A stretch of 64,000 nt of DNA from Phoronis australis (taxonomy: Eukaryota > Animalia > Phoronida), in contig NMRA01000100.1 in the NCBI GenBank assembly GCA_002633005.1, forward strand, positions 144,497 to 208,496, written 5' to 3'. A program made the translations under genes and the position numbers. The notes beneath the pieces are model-generated. The model was not told the DNA's origin. It saw nothing but the letters and a program-made list of their open reading frames with translations, and ran no database searches. Of the stretch, positions 62,155 through 64,000 are shown one piece after another; within the stretch, counting starts at the first letter, position 1; the number at the start of each line of letters is the position of its first letter.

Positions 62155-64000
62155 TAGCGATGCCAAATGAAGGTCACGGCCCCAAGGCAGCAATCTTAAC
62201 CTCCATCTTTAAGGTGGTCCAGTCCTTGTTGTGGTTTCAGTATTCGGTGTTCTAAGTTAACCTCGATGGGTTTTGTATATACACTTCTGTACTATCTGGA
62301 ATAATGAAGTGACACTGAAAATTGCATTAACTCCATTTAGCATACTCTGCTACACCACATCTCGTCAAGGCCTCAAGGGCATGGACCACCATAAGACAAA
62401 GTAATTGAACCGTGAGATGAACATTCTGCTCGTAAGAATTCACTATGGCGTAAAGCACCACGTAGCAATACACAATGCTAAACGCTTCAAACCTTGTTGT
62501 ACCCTATAATTATGGGACTAAAAGACAAGGAATGTGTGTGCAAGAGAAGAGCATTTGAGCACACCTGTTACTGTTGTCATTTTGGTAGGTGCATATCACC
62601 TCTCTACTCTTACACCTTTTCTTGAAGGTTTGTGCACCGCTAGTTTGCTCCTGCTTCTAAGTTGAATGTTGTTCAGACGGCCTTATCAGATTTATTGCTT
62701 AAGGACATGCTTGGTTTCCAAATTTTGTCATGTTAACACCAACCTCGCTTAGTTGCTGAAGGCTTGTGGGAGTTTCCTCCGTCAGTGCTCAGGCCATGAG
62801 TTCACGAGGGCCCTTAAATTTAACTCATCACATTCTTCAAACTGCCGACAGTGGTCTCATTACGATTTGTTAATTGAACGCACATCTCAGAAATGGTTTG
62901 CTTGAGCTAAAAAGAGTTGCAGAATGAACATTCATTTTAAAGGGATTCCGACACTTGTAGCAACACTGACCTGCTTTATTATGTGCAATGGAAGGAATCA
63001 TTTTCTTAGAGGTGCAAATATTCACGGTTATCTATTAATTAATGTTTTGCATGTCGTTGAGAATTGATCACCTCTCATTACCGTATTTGTTATAAGTGAT
63101 GTCTCTGTCTCTAGTCCTGTTTGTAACTTTTCAACGTGCTTTGTTCAAATGCCAGTTTTGTTTTTATATTGACTTTGGTGCGTGGCAGTTTTGTTTTTAC
63201 AACCAACCTGCTCCATTCAACGCCTTCATTGACTGAATATTTTAATTTATGAATACATATGCTGATTGAAAAATGTTTAGCGTGTTTATTAAAATGTGCC
63301 TATGAAATAAACTGTTATAATAAAAATACGTATTGTTTCTTCATTAGCTGTTTTAAAAACGTCTTATTTTTTGTATAGATAATGTAGAGTACCATACAGG
63401 CTTGCATTGCATCTTAACTAGTTCTTCCAGGAATACAAACTGTCGGTTCATTCTCTACCTCAGTGTGAAATTTTAAAAAACAGTGTCCCTGGACGAAAGT
63501 ATTATTGAACTCCGTTTCTGCGTATTTGTGACCTGAAATCACACTTTTTACTGTCTCTGGACTCAGTGAGGTCTGTACATTTAGCAATATAATATCTGTC
63601 GAATTGGTAACGTTCAGCGTTCCAGAAAAGTAACAAAGTTGTCGTGTTAAATACTAATTGTGATAACTGTTCTAATGCCAATTATGTCCATACGGGCAAG
63701 TGAAGAGCTTCGAACTCAGCTGCTTTTAGTGCCATGCGTGGAAATACGTCCACAGTTGAATGAACTTACTGCCTGTTCAAAATGGATCATATGCAGATTG
63801 CCAGGCTTAGCTGAGAAGTAGGTCTTAAAGCCTGTAGTAAATGGCAACACCTGTAAATTTGGTTCCTGTAGTATGTTAAGAGCATCGAATAACACCCGCA
63901 CGCAATGGTGTCCTGTTCAGATCCCTATTTAATACAACTGTTATCGGACTTCCGTATTTTTGCCTGGGATCTCGCGGTGATGCAACATGACGCGAAAAGG

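Overview
AT-rich, intron-containing animal genomic DNA. The repeat families and the GPCR type suggest a marine lophotrochozoan such as a mollusc (inference). Two conserved genes sit head-to-head with 186 bp between their start codons. MSL3 is on the minus strand (7 exons visible, running off the window start). CWF19L2 is on the plus strand (17 exons, 7835-47872, 896 aa reconstructed). CWF19L2 intron 1 (19.3 kb) hosts an antisense, single-coding-exon SMB-domain family-B (Methuselah/adhesion-like) GPCR of about 806 aa. The GPCR is split by a 760-bp duplication around an N. A second N-centred duplication of about 1.8 kb lies at 52.3-55.9 kb; both look like uncollapsed haplotype overlaps. Introns carry MITEs, tRNA-derived SINEs, Helentron-type elements and Penelope/LTR relics. 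The region after 48.8 kb is decayed mobile DNA: THAP, RecQ-helicase and P-type transposase fragments; a DIRS/Ngaro-like fragment with an array of covarying hairpin repeats between an SGNH-like tail and gag; a 76-bp satellite with dimeric structure; a frameshifted TatD-like nuclease; and a pogo-like HTH end. Family assignments come from motif recognition by eye; no database searches were run.
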